This document shows, one piece after another, positions 1-11,580 of a DNA stretch of 64,000 bases. The position numbers and the translations under genes are program-made. Source of the stretch: Moniliella sp. 'wahieum' (taxonomy: Eukaryota). Every line of letters starts with the position of its first letter. Position 1 is the first letter of the stretch. Location of the stretch: contig RSEE01000007.1 in assembly GCA_003971905.1 (NCBI GenBank), forward strand, positions 310,001 to 374,000. The letters are read 5' to 3'. A model generated the notes under the pieces. It saw only the letters and a program-made list of their open reading frames with translations, did not search any database and was not told the origin of the DNA.

Positions 1-414
1 AGCAAGACAGACGGGGTGGACGACAAGTCTTTGAAGGACGCCACCTTTCTCTTGTCTAAGTACCGCAAGATTCTGGAGGACTCGGCAGGGACAAGCAATA
101 ACAAGAAACGTAAGAGGCCACTCCCCAATTTCATCTCCGGGCCCGGGAGCTGCTGGATGAGTTCAGGAAAGACGTAATGGGACGTCGGCGGTGGAGCGCT
201 ACGTGCTTAACCACTTTGTCAACTGTGCCTCTCCCCACACCGCGACATCCTGTGCGACTTGCTGAATTTGCCTTTGCCACAGGACTGGCCGGTCGAGGGC
301 GATAATGTCCCATCGACGGACGACATTGTGCGGGCAGTATCGGCATATAGCGATGGAGATGGTTCCAAATGGGCTACGAATGATGTTATGATAAGTTCTT
401 GTATCCACCATTGA
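1..414 (+). other. Possible 3' end of an unidentified CDS or a decayed element
   Basis: Coding-like stretches across apparent frameshifts (SKTDGVDDKSLKDATFLLSKYRKILED..., DILCDLLNLPLPQDWPVEGDNVPSTDDIVRAVSAYSDGDG...). No family recognised. Confidence 0.25.
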
Positions 415-640
415 TGTATACTCTTCAAGCTTTTCACCATCAGAGTCTACAAGTGTTTTTGACGGCTCTTCGTGTTTAAACAGACGTACGAATATTGGGT
501 CAATTGATCGCGTCCACAGAGCTAGTGCTTTATGGTGAAACGGTCTAGGTGTCTACTTAGAGAGAACCGCAAGTTCGATTCAGCCTTCATTTTAACATGG
601 ATCGAGGCTGGCCGCTATTCACAATGTTGCGAAATAGAGT

Positions 641-711
641 GGCGGGCAAGATTGCGACTAGAAAATGGCGGACAAGGTTCGCTATACTAGAACGGCGGGC
701 AAGGTTGCGAC
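641..711. repeat. Three imperfect direct repeats of GGCGGGCAAGRTTGCGAC with about 26-27 bp period
   Basis: Units start at 641, 667 and 694, read directly from the sequence. Confidence 0.6.
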
Positions 712-1371
712 GAGCTTTATAGGGCACAATCTGGCAACAACCTCGCTGGGCAACCTTGGGACAACCTGGTCCAGCAGGTTGTGGCTAGCAGTCCTGGCGA
801 GGCGCGACAAGATTGTGCCCCTCAAATCTATCGGCGAGCTTATGGCGAGGCCCGCAAGGCCCGATACGTTGTGGGCCAGAAATTTCGATTAACTATGCTC
901 TCTGTGTTGTCTGTCTACCCTATATGGTTATCGGTCCCAGTGGCGCTGCTCCCCTGCGCCTTTCTGCGTGGAAGCTGTGCTTGGGCTGTATCTATCCGCT
1001 CTGTATAATACCTTTTTTCACCTTTTCGCCGTTAGGATGTGTACATTCCCCCCACTCTGAGATACAATAGGACAAGGAACGAGATGACCGTTACACCGTA
1101 CCCACGCCCCCAAAAGAGCAGGCCACCATCACACCTCTCATTGCCGGAGAGCGCTCACTTGTCGTGCAGCGTGCGCTATTAGTGCTACGAGCTACCGTGA
1201 CAGGCGGATTCGAGTCGCGTAGTGATATAAACCAATTCAAATGCACAGGGAAGCGTTGCTATAATGGGGGCGATGCCGGCAGGGAGGTATGGATGAAAAA
1301 CAGAAACATAAGCAAGCCCGCAAGGAGGCTAACGGAGATGAGGATGTTGAGGGGAAGAAAAAGGTACAAGG

Positions 1372-2160
1372 CTAGAGGATGGAGCAAATACCAGGGCCCG
1401 GAATACGGCAAATTATCATGCCTGATTTAACGGACAGAGCGGCGCGGGTGGCCGTTTCAAACACCTCGCGCACGCCCGTCCCCAACTTGGCCGAGCATTC
1501 AATGTAGGCGCGAGCCTTAATTGTGTGTGCCATGTTGCTGCCCTCTTCGAACGTGACTGGGCGTTGGTTGGTGCGTCGCAGTTCCTCCACAATCCGCGGG
1601 TCGTCCCGCAGGTCCTTCTTGCACCCTACCAGCAGGATCGGCAAGTTGACGGAAAAGTGCAGCACCTCCGAGATCCACTTTTCTTGCACATTTCCCAGCG
1701 AGTCGGGACTGTCGATGGCAAAGCAGATGAGAATCACGTGCGAGTCAGGGTAGGAGAGCGGGCGGACGGTCGTAGTCTTCCTGCCCAGCCGTGTCCCAGA
1801 GCGCAAGCTCGACGTGCTTGCCATCGACCTGCACTTCAGCCACTGCAGCCACAACAAGGCGAGACAGCGGGGGCAGAGGGGAGGGGAGGACGTTAGCTCG
1901 CGCGCAAGGATACACCGCATTCAGCAAGAAGCGATCGACTTGCCATAGTTCTACAAAGTCAGCCAGAGCGTGCGTCAGTCCTCTCTTCCCTGCATGCAGG
2001 CTAGTGGGCGCAGAGGCAGACAGGAGCGTACCTCAAACACTTTCGGGACGTTGGCCTCGGGGAAGGTGCCTTCGCTACAGACGATGAGCAAGCACGTCTT
2101 GCCGCAGGCACCATCGCCCACGATGACCAGCTTGCGACGGATATTATCGGTGGAGGACAT
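1372..2160 (-). CDS. RHO1: Rho-family small GTPase, Rho1-like with atypical switch I
   Basis: [70 protein letters not shown] and CAAX CSIL*. Exons 2160-2032, 1950-1944 and 1842-1372. One probable indel near 1765. Confidence 0.93.
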
Positions 2161-4217
2161 GAGGTGGTGGCGGGTGGTAGTGGCGGCGGGTGGTGGTGGC
2201 GGCGGGTGAGGGTGAAGGCAGAGGGAGCGAGGAGGTCAGGAGAGGGGATATATAAGTACGACTGCTCCTGGGTTTTTGGTCTGCAGGTGGGCAGCGACCC
2301 GCACCACTGATGCACCTTTATCCACAGCCGGCCACCCAGGCGACGGCGGCCGCCGGGTTCCCGTCGCCTGGGAGCTGCTGTTGAGACACCCCCGCACGGT
2401 GCCAGTGTGGCGATAGGGAGCAGCACGGGGCAGCTCGCGTGTGCGCCACCCGATGCGGCGGCAGCAGTGCTGCGTGGTGCTGCGAGGGAGAAAGCAGCAG
2501 TAGGATGCGGGAGGTGGGTAGGGGCATCATAATATATCAGCTGTCGCCTGCACTGCGCCAGCCGGCCGCAGCCAGTGGGGGCTGCATCTGCTGCCTGGCG
2601 TCTGTGTCTGTGGGGCTGCGGCAGCTTGGTGCCAGTGTGAGCATGAGCGAGCCTGCCCCCCTCCTACTTAGCCTAGCCCCCCCCCGCCTGTTACCTCCCG
2701 GGAGCGCGTCTGTGGGCCTTCTTTTCTTGCTTTCCTGACCGGGAGACAGGGTACCGTAGAACGAACCGAGCCAGTCATACTAGTCATAGCCAGCCTTCAC
2801 AGAAGAAGAAGCTTCCAGTTCCCGGAGGTGGTCTGTCCGGAGAACTACTATATTTGTGTAGAGCGAGGGAGGACGACACGGATTTCCGACATGAAAAGGA
2901 GACAAGAACAGCCGAGGCGAGGGAGACCCGAGTCGAGACTATAGGCCATGGGATATAGCAATCGTCCGTGGGGAGGAAGCAGGAACAGAGGATATGGTGC
3001 GAAGCAGAAGAACAGGGAATGAGCGAGATGCTCGGAACGAAGAATATTGGACATAGCTATAATCGAAATTTCTGGTTACAAGGTTGCCGCGGACCTTTTG
3101 CCGCGCCAGATTAAAAACGACACGTACCGTCTTTCTTGCCTAGGTGAACATGACCAAAAGCTGCACCTCAACGACGGCCATCAGTAAATTGCCTTGCACT
3201 CCACCCCGCGCGGAAACTCTTGGCTTACTGACTTCCATTATCCTGGCACGATATAGGCACGTGTGGGACGGGGAGGAAATGAAGAAGGGCATCAGCACCC
3301 TCAGTGCCACGGCCTGTGACCGAAAGAACTGGTCCGTCTCCAGCTGGAGGGATGGGCCAAATGGTTTTGGAGACAATGTGTCCAATTGGCCAACTCATGA
3401 AGTAAATAAGTCGCATGAGATGTGTTCCACAACTTATTTTGTGAGATGCGGTATCACGTCTGGATTGAGGTGTTGGAAGAGGATGCAGGAGAAAACATCG
3501 TGCAGTATGCGATAAATGGTAGGGGTTTATATTCATCAATAAGTCACTCGTCCGATCGTGTTCGCAATTCTTGTAGGATGGGAAGGCAAGGTTCGGACAT
3601 GAACAAAAAATGAGCTCAGATCATATAATGTGAGTCTCAAGTACTTTAAATGGAGTTGGTTCCTTGACCTTAGTGGCGCTTCCAAGTAACCCCCGCAAGA
3701 TGAACGGTTCGGTTTAGACGTAGCGTTTCCCCTGTCCCACAGCCTTAAGCTCTGTCAATGAAATGGACGCGATCTGGAGTATGGTGTGAGGGATAGTTCT
3801 AACATATACTAGTGGGAATGAAGGGAATTATTATACGCATCTTCTGGCCCATTTACTAGTATAGGTACTATGAAAGGTGGGGTCTTTGACCTTCTACTGC
3901 TCTCTATCCGGTCTTCTGACAAATATACGTCGAAAAGACGGTGATCGGCAGCATATGCAGTGGCGAACATCGGCGACAGTCGCCGGTCATGTGACAAAAT
4001 TTAAGCGGGAAAAAGGTCAGGAGAGAGATAGATGGCTAAGACATATTGCGTTCATCGAGACATCCCACAGACCCCCGCGTTAACCAAACACGCAGGCATG
4101 ACCCGGACATATACTCTTGCCACATGCGGGGCGCGGAAGGTCATTGGTTAGCCGAGGCCGGGTACCGAGTATCGACAGTTGCCTCAGTTCGTATACTCTG
4201 TGTTAAATTAAAAAGCT

Positions 4218-4260
4218 CCAAGCATCAAGCATCAAGCTTCAAGCTTCAAGCATCAAGCTA
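4218..4260. repeat. Tandem (T)CAAGCW heptamer repeat
   Basis: ccaagcatcaagcatcaagcttcaagcttcaagcatcaagc, upstream of the 4484 gene. Confidence 0.8.
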
Positions 4261-4389
4261 TAGGAACTTCCAGGAACTGTTACAGACACTGACCCTTTGC
4301 GACCGGCCGATGCACGGACCAACCGAGAGGGAAAACGCCGGTCTCGGCCGGAGTACGCTCAACATTCGCCACCATTAGCCAAGGAAAAC

Positions 4390-4404
4390 GTATATATATA
4401 TATA
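4390..4404 (+). promoter_or_regulatory. (TA)n TATA-like element
   Basis: TATATATATATATAT about 80-90 nt upstream of the ATG at 4484. Confidence 0.5.
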
Positions 4405-4483
4405 TCGCAAGGCTGGGGGCCCTCCCCACAACCCCATCGATTAGCCTCTTCGAACTACCACCCCCTTTCCCGCCCCCTGATCC

Positions 4484-4894
4484 ATGCTCTCCTCCATCCG
4501 CACCCCCATGTTCGCTCCCCTCGCCGTGCACGGTGGCTTGCGCGCCGTAGTCCGGCCTGCGATGCTCGCCCCCGCCATGCTTTCACCGCTTCGAGCGGTC
4601 CCAGTACGTCCACTCGAACAGCTCAAGGCGCTCCCCCCGTTCCGATGGTTGCATATGGCAACTGTGCTGATGCATATATACCGCGGGCAGATGTCGACTC
4701 TGCAAACGCATGCTCAAGCCGATGATCCCAATCCCCAGGAACCAACAGAGTCGGAGGCCGATCTACGTGGAGACCAAGCTGAGACCAACTTGTCACCAGA
4801 GGAGCTGGCGCAAGAGGAAGCCTTTGTTCGCAATGCAGAGGTGGGTCGTGATCAGACCGAGTCTGAGCAGGACTTGGATGCTGACAAGTCGTAA
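4484..4894 (+). CDS. Small protein (about 107 aa spliced) with a mitochondrial-presequence-like N-terminus and acidic C-terminus
   Basis: The N-terminus is Arg/Ala/Leu-rich and acid-free (MLSSIRTPMFAPLAVHGGLRAVVRP). Phase-0 intron GTACGT..GCTGAT..GCAG at 4604-4690. Acidic exon 2 (EPTESEADLRGDQ). Upstream TATA-like element. Confidence 0.65.
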   Translation: MLSSIRTPMFAPLAVHGGLRAVVRPAMLAPAMLSPLRAVPVRPLEQLKALPPFRWLHMATVLMHIYRGQMSTLQTHAQADDPNPQEPTESEADLRGDQAETNLSPEELAQEEAFVRNAEVGRDQTESEQDLDADKS

Positions 4895-5599
4895 CCCCCT
4901 TTTGTGTGCGTCCTCCTGCGCCGGAGCGGTACTTGGCGCGTTGTTCTTTCCCTCTCTCCATACTAGGCTTGAATTTGAGGACGCAGAGTTTTTGATGGGA
5001 CCGATGTATAGGCGTCTTCTGGATTTGTCCCTACGCGCTGTTGTATATCTCCTTGTAACCCAGAATCCTAGTAGCTCATTTATCCTTGCGTTTCATCGTC
5101 CACAGCATGTAATCCCCACCAGATTCTCCCGCTCTTCGCCAAACGCATCCGGGTCAATTCGCCCCAGCTTGTTATCCGCCTCCTCGATCATCGCCCTCCA
5201 TTTGTCTTGTTGGCTGCCGCGTAATTTATCTCTGTCGCGCAAATCCTACCAGCCGGTCTGTTTCCAACCCAAAGGTCACGTCTCTCATCCTCGATTCAAT
5301 GCATGCACCTGATCCATGTGATGCATCCCGACTCGACAACGTCAATCCCACGGGCCCCATTTGGAACCGGGGTTTACCGGGCGTTCACTGTCACCATCCT
5401 TCTCCCGTCCCACAGCGATCGAAGTGTGTGTGCATGCGATACTTGGATGGAAGTGGAGCAAGAGCAACTGGGGAAAAGAGAAACCGGGCGGGGAACGAGA
5501 ACAGGATTTATCAATGGTACATGAGCGCGGGAAGCGAGAAAAGATGACAGTAAAAAGGCACAACGTGAACAGGAGCCGAGCCATCGAGCGCAGTCAAGG

Positions 5600-8500
5600 T
5601 TACTTCTTCTCAGACGGGGAGGAGGTGGAAGCCGCAACCGATTGTTTCCGTCGACCCTTGTCGACAGTGGAGGTACGGTTGCGTTTGCGGATCACGTCCG
5701 ATTTGAGTGACAGCGGGCGAACCACGCCATGCAACTTGTAGAACAGCCCGCATGCGTTGCACAGCGGATGGCCCTCGGGATCGCGCCGCCACAAGGGCGT
5801 TTTGGTCGTGTGACAGTTGGTGCAGGTCATTTGGTCCGTTGCTTCCTCGCCCACTGCTTTGCCCTTGCGCTCGGCAAGCGGCTTGGAGCTGGAGGGGGCG
5901 CGACGGTGCTTGGGCACCGCCGCTACCGGAGCTGGCGCGGGCGACGGCGTGGTGACTCCCGTATTGGGCGTGCCGGGCTGGGACAACCCCGTGCTGCCGA
6001 GTAGGCCGCTGACTCCTTGTCTCTTCCCAACGGGTGCGTCGCGCCGAGCCCCGGACTGCCATGGCGCGAGCCCATCTCCTTGGGTTCGGCAAACAAGCTT
6101 CGTCCCCCGTTTCCGCGCCCCAGCGTCGGAGTAGTGTCCTTGGCCCGCGGGTGGTTTAGCAGCGAGGGGTCGACAGTCGCCATATCCGACGACGCAGGGT
6201 GCGAATGCGATGGCGTGGTTTCTGCCGAGGCCGGCTCGGACGAGAGGAGGGAAAGAAGCGTCGCAGAGGGATTGGCTTGCATCACCATACTCCTCAGACC
6301 TGTCAAATCCGGTACAGCGCTCGTCCCCTGTCCCAAAGGATCGGACGGCCAGAGCGACAGGAGCGAACCCGACCCTCCTGGGCCAGAAAGGGCCGTAGGG
6401 GTGGTGGCAGCCGTGTGGGCATCACTCGCCCCACTGCCGCTCGGACTCGCACGCGTACTACCACTGGTGGAGCCGGCGCTAAACCCACCAGTGGACGAGG
6501 CAGAGAGGGGCATAGAGGGAAGAGGACCCGACTGGGTCGAGCTGGGCATCCCAATCGGCTGACCGGCAGGCGTGTGGGAATGGGGTCGGCCAAATCGATT
6601 GAGACCGGCGGCAATACGTTGGTCGACGGTGGTCGGGAGATGACGCAGTGGCCTGGCAGCCTTGTTAATCCGCACCGCCGACGAGCCCATGTCCTCATCC
6701 AAGTCCATATCCATCGCCCCTCGGGAGCGCTTCCTCGTCGCCTGTGCGTGGGGTTCAGAGGAAGGCACGGGGAGGCCAGAAAGCGGGCCGTGTTTGCCCA
6801 ACGCGTAACTTTGGGCGCGCGTGTGGTGGCCTGTCCCAATAACAGGCGAGGCTACTGGGCTGGCTTGGCCTGACAGGGGTATGGGGGGCAGAGAGGCTTG
6901 TACAGGCGACGTAGCAGAGTATAGACTGTGGTCGAAACTCGTCTTGCGTACCAGACGAGGGAGGAAGTCCCAGTCTGGGTCATGGTTGATTGGTGCCTCG
7001 GCAAAGTCGTCCGGGTTGGCACCGGGCACACTCGCCAAGAGACGCGGGGGCGCACCGTACGCAAGCGCCTCTCGAGAGGCCGTGGATGCCTCGGGAGGGT
7101 GGAAGGAGGCAAATGGGGCCAGGTTTTCAAACATACTGAGATCCATCATCCCTATCCCTGTTGCGGAGGAGTGCCCATTCTCGTCCAAGTTTAGGAGACT
7201 CGTCGGCAGGTCAACAGCACGTTCCCAGGCCCATCTCCGTCGAGATGGCTCTGACCCGCTGTGGGTGTAGCCGGGGACATTGGAGAAGTTGCCTGGGTCC
7301 GCTGAGATCGATCTCCAGCTGTGGGAGACAAGAGACCAGCACGGTTGACCTCCAAGGCATCCTTGACCACCGCTCGACGGAATTCAGCTCGGATGCGCTC
7401 TTGTCGTTTTCGGCGCTCCCGTTCACCGTCGGAGGAATCGTCATCTCCATCCTCAATGCCAAACCGGGGATCGGGTGCCTTAAATCCTTCATCAAAGCCA
7501 GGGAATTGGCCAAAGGCCAGTGCAGTGGCCGCAGGAAGAGAGGCACTCATCATTTGGAGGTACCGTGATGGGTCGTCAGTTTCGTCGTCGTGGTCTTTAT
7601 CAAGATCAAGGAGCTGGGTTGGATCCTTGTCACCACTATCTAAACGGCGACGGGAACGAGAGCGTGCAAACCCGTCAGCCGCGCCAGCCCACCGGGTGGA
7701 GAGGGAGGCGATCGAGCGGGAGCGGGAGCGGATGGCGGATGTGAAGCCCAAGGGAGATGGGCCAGGGGGATGGAGCGTCTCCTGTGCGTTGGTGGAATGT
7801 GGACCGAGAGAAGGGGGTGCTGGGCTTGCTGGCTTGCTTGTCTCGTCATGCGAAGAGGGCGGAGCAGGATGAGCCGGTTGGGCGGGCTGGACCGGCGTCA
7901 TGAGCGAAGAAGCCGCGAGTGCATCGGGAGTAACGCCGCGTGATGAGCGGCGGCTGCGTCCGCGCGAGGGGAACGCGATGAGTTGGAAGCACGCGCCGCA
8001 GGCGTAAAGGGAGTCATGTGTGACGTGGACGGCGCGGACATGGGGGTGGCACCAGGCAAGTTGAAGGGGAAGCCTTCCATACCAAAGAGGGATGTCTGCG
8101 GCGTATCACGTTTACGCAAGTTAAGGTTCATCAGCCGCCACGTTAAATTCTACATGAACGCACGCAACCCGATTGCAACAGCAAATTCGTCAGCGCTTCC
8201 GTCCCTCGGTAATAGAGCAAAATGGGGGGGTGGGGGGAATTCGGTACACACCTCAATTCGCATGTTGTTGTCTGCCTCCAAAGCCTTGGCCTGGATCATT
8301 CGGTAGATTGCCTGGGGAAGCGCTACGTTTCCAGCCGCCATCGGGGACGTCAAGCCTGCAGTGGCGACCAAGTCGGCCGTCTCGCCTTGCTCAAGGATGC
8401 TGCGAAACGCGTACCAGTCGGGCTCTCCGGTTGTACGGGTCGCTCCGGCCAGCTTGGCAAGAGAAGTGAGCCAGGTGTACAGATCGGGGTCCTGCTCCTC

Positions 8501-9560
8501 GGGCTTGGTCCCACTGGCACCCAGCGGCGGTTGGCCATTGGTCCGGCCAAGCCACTCGGGCAACAGCAGATTACTCAGTGGGTTGCCCTGTGGAAGTGTG
8601 GTGGCGGGCGCTGCAGCTGAGCTTGGCATGGAGAAAGAAGCTGCGGGGAACTGGGCCTGCTGCTGCTGAGCCTGCTGCGCCAGCTGAGCTTGCTGAGCGC
8701 GGCTGGCCAAGAGTGCTACCATGGCGGCCATATACTGGTGCTGCTGCATGGCCGGGTTGAGAGGAGCCTGGTTGGGAAGCATGCCGGGCAGCAAGCCAAG
8801 GAATGGGTTGAACCCGGGAGCCGTCGCGGGCGCAGGGGCGCTACTGGTGGCTGTGAGGCAGGGTTGAGACCATTGAGCAAAGCAGCAAAGGGATTCAAGA
8901 CACTGTTGCTGGCCAAGTTGGGCAACGACTGGGGAAAAGGAAACCCCTGGCCTGGCTGTTGCATTGGTACAGAGGGCTGGTTCAGGTTTGCATCCATGGG
9001 TACTGGGCCCGGCGCATGAAGGGGCGTCACTGGAGTCGCATGGGAAGACGAGGGATGGAAGCTGTGCTGGCCTGGCATCCAGGCGGGGAAAGGGGCGGAG
9101 GCGAGGGTGCCTGAGGTCGGAGCTGCCGCGGAGGCTTCGGGATGGGTGTGTTCGGGCGGCGGAGGGGACTGCGACTCGTCCTGCTCGGGTGGCGGCGCCA
9201 AGCCAACATCCGTGTCCAGCAGATCGGAGAAGGACATGGTGCCAAACACGTCGTCCTCCGCCTGCCGGTCGGTGGCGGAGGGTGAGGCAGGCGAGGAGGC
9301 AGTGGCAGGAACGGAGGGTACGGACGAAGTCGCATGGGCGGCGCGAAGGGCGGCGGCGTGGTGCATGGCGCGCTCGAGAGCTGACGCTTGGACACGGGCG
9401 ACAGGCGGGAGCGAGAGCGAGAGGGGCGGGGGGCAGTGGCAGTAGCGGTGGCGGTGGCGGTGGCGGCGGTGGGGGCTGTGGGAGGAGGGGGTGCGGCTGG
9501 TGGAGATGCCGCAGGAGACGGAGCAGACGGGACAGATGGGGCCTGCGGGCCGGCGTCCAT
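5600..9560 (-). CDS. areA: Nitrogen-regulatory GATA transcription factor (AreA/Nit2/Gat1 family)
   Basis: C-terminal GATA finger [53 protein letters not shown]1752-type motif [18 protein letters not shown] split by an intron at about 8150-8250. Conserved [12 protein letters not shown]. Start approximate; several indels. Confidence 0.9.
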
Positions 9561-10228
9561 GGCAAGCTGGCGGAGGCTGTGGTGGGGTGGTGGGGGGTGG
9601 GGGACAAGTCCGCGGCACTCGCCCATTGCCGGCGGCGGGAGCAGACGGGCGGAGGCGGGCAGGCAGGCGGGCTCGGGCGGGAGCAGCTTGCAGGCTGGTG
9701 CAGTGCGTGGGCGCCGCCGCCCGGCTGCCCCCGTGCCGGGCGGTGGCGGGCGGAGAAAGAGACACTGACGCCATGCGACTGTGATGCTCTCGGTGGGGGC
9801 CGGGCCTGTGCTCGCTTGTGCCGCCCTGTGCCTGCCGGTGTCGGTTGGTGTCGGCCTGTGCGCCCCCGTGCCCGCCTGTGTGATACTCGATGCAGCGTGC
9901 ATCATGCATGCATCATGCGTCAAGCACCGTGGAGGCTGGGCTGTGGGCCAGTGGCCCTCCACGGGGGCTGCGTCGGCGGCCGCCCGACTCGGCCCGGAGT
10001 GCGCCCCAGTGCGCGTCCCAGGGCGCCTCGCCAGGCCCCAGGCTGCGCAAGGAGGCCGGCAAACGGCAAGTGCTGCGCCAGCTGAAAACCACATCACACA
10101 CATGCATGCGATCATCGATCATACAGGCCCCGCCCGCTGTCTGGTAGATTTCCCATTTCTCAGATGGCTGTCTCAGATGGCATCGCCACGACAACACAAA
10201 TGCGCCCAACGCCAGCTGGGAATGCCTA

Positions 10229-10240
10229 CTTATCTTATCA
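10229..10240 (-). promoter_or_regulatory. Tandem GATAAG sites (TGATAAGATAAG) upstream of the GATA factor gene
   Basis: CTTATCTTATCA on the + strand, about 670 bp upstream of the inferred start. Confidence 0.45.
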
Positions 10241-10859
10241 CCGTGCCTTTGCGACGTTTGCAACCCCCACACGGGTCCACCCACCCTCACTAGCTCACTG
10301 CGCCGGCGGCAGTGTGTGGTAGGCGGACGTGCTGCGTACCGCGTACCGGCAACTAGCAACTCCTCCCGACTGTCTTGCGCCGCGTCGGTTGCAGCCATTG
10401 TACTTAGTAGGCAGTCTCGGTCGCACGCGAGAGCAACTCTGGGCGCTGGGTACTCTCAGTCTGTACTCAGACTCAGCACTGAGACGCAGTCGGAGCATGC
10501 TCAACGTTCCATGCACTCAACGCTCCCGACCTACTACTTGCTGCAGATGGCCTTTCGCACAGGCCCTTCACATGTCACACGGCAATCATTAATCATTCCC
10601 AAGACAATGTATAGCCCACATGCAGTTTCTATGCGGCCCAGGGAAGCGCAAGCTTTATTGTGGGCGTATTGCTTGTGCTTTTTGCCCCCCGGCGGCTTTG
10701 CTCAAACAAGATCAATTAAGCAAAAAGCAGTACAACAAGAAGAAATTATCGCGCAGATACTTTTTGGAAGGACAGACCAGTGGTCATGTACTAGGGGTGC
10801 GCTCAAACGCGAGGAAAGTGTACCATCATACGCAATCAGGGGGAGAGCCTGCAGGGCCA

Positions 10860-11580
10860 GGTGTGGTAGGAGCAGGCGGGCGGTAGGAGCAGGGGGGGCA
10901 TAGGGAGAGGGGTGGTAGGAGCAGGGTGGGCGGTAGGAGCAGGTTGGGCCGGAGGGACAGGGTGGGTGTTAGGGAGAGGGGTGGTAGGAACAGGGAGGGT
11001 GGTAGGAGCAGGCTGGGTGGTGGGAGCAGGTTGGGTGGTAGGTGCAGGGGGGGCGGAGGGGCAGGGAGGGTAGTAGGAGCAGGGAGAGTGGTAGGAGGAG
11101 GGAGAGTGGCATGAGCAGGGAGGGTGTTAGGGAGAGGGTGGTAGGGACAGGAGGGGTAGGAGCAGGGAGGGTAGCAGGGAGAGGAGTGGTAGGGAGAGGG
11201 TGGGCGGTAGGTGCGGGAGGTGCGGTAGGAGGAGGGAGGGCGGTAGGAGCAGGGAGGGTAGTAGGAGCAGGGAGAGTGGTAGGAGCAGGTTGGGCGGTAG
11301 GAGCAGGGAGGGCGGTAGGAGCAGGGAGGGCAGTAGGGAGGGGTGGCAGGAAGAGGGGTTAGGAGCAGGGGGCGACCCGAGTAGGGTGAGTGTTAGGGAG
11401 AGGGGTGGCAGGGAGAGGGGTGGCGGGTGCAGGAGGTGCGGTAGGTGCAGGAGGTGCGGTAGGTGCAGGAGGTGCGGTAGGTGCAGGAGGTGCGGTAGGT
11501 GCAGGAGGTGCGGCAGGCGCGGGAGATGCGGCAGGGACCGGAGGTGGGTAGTCCAGGTAGGAGCAGGGTTGGGAGGAAAG
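10860..11580. repeat. Degenerate purine-rich minisatellite with GGTAGGAGCAGG core, including near-perfect 18-bp units GGTGCAGGAGGTGCGGTA at about 11426-11515
   Basis: Seen directly. Reads as PAPTAP/PAPT repeats on the minus strand. Confidence 0.9.

Noticed and set aside
520..590. tRNA/SINE-like element (AGTTCGATTC, B-box-like)
   Set aside because: No convincing acceptor stem, A-box or cloverleaf could be built.
10860..11580. CRISPR array or telomeric repeat
   Set aside because: The context is eukaryotic, there are no unique spacers, and the units are degenerate and not TTAGGG-type.
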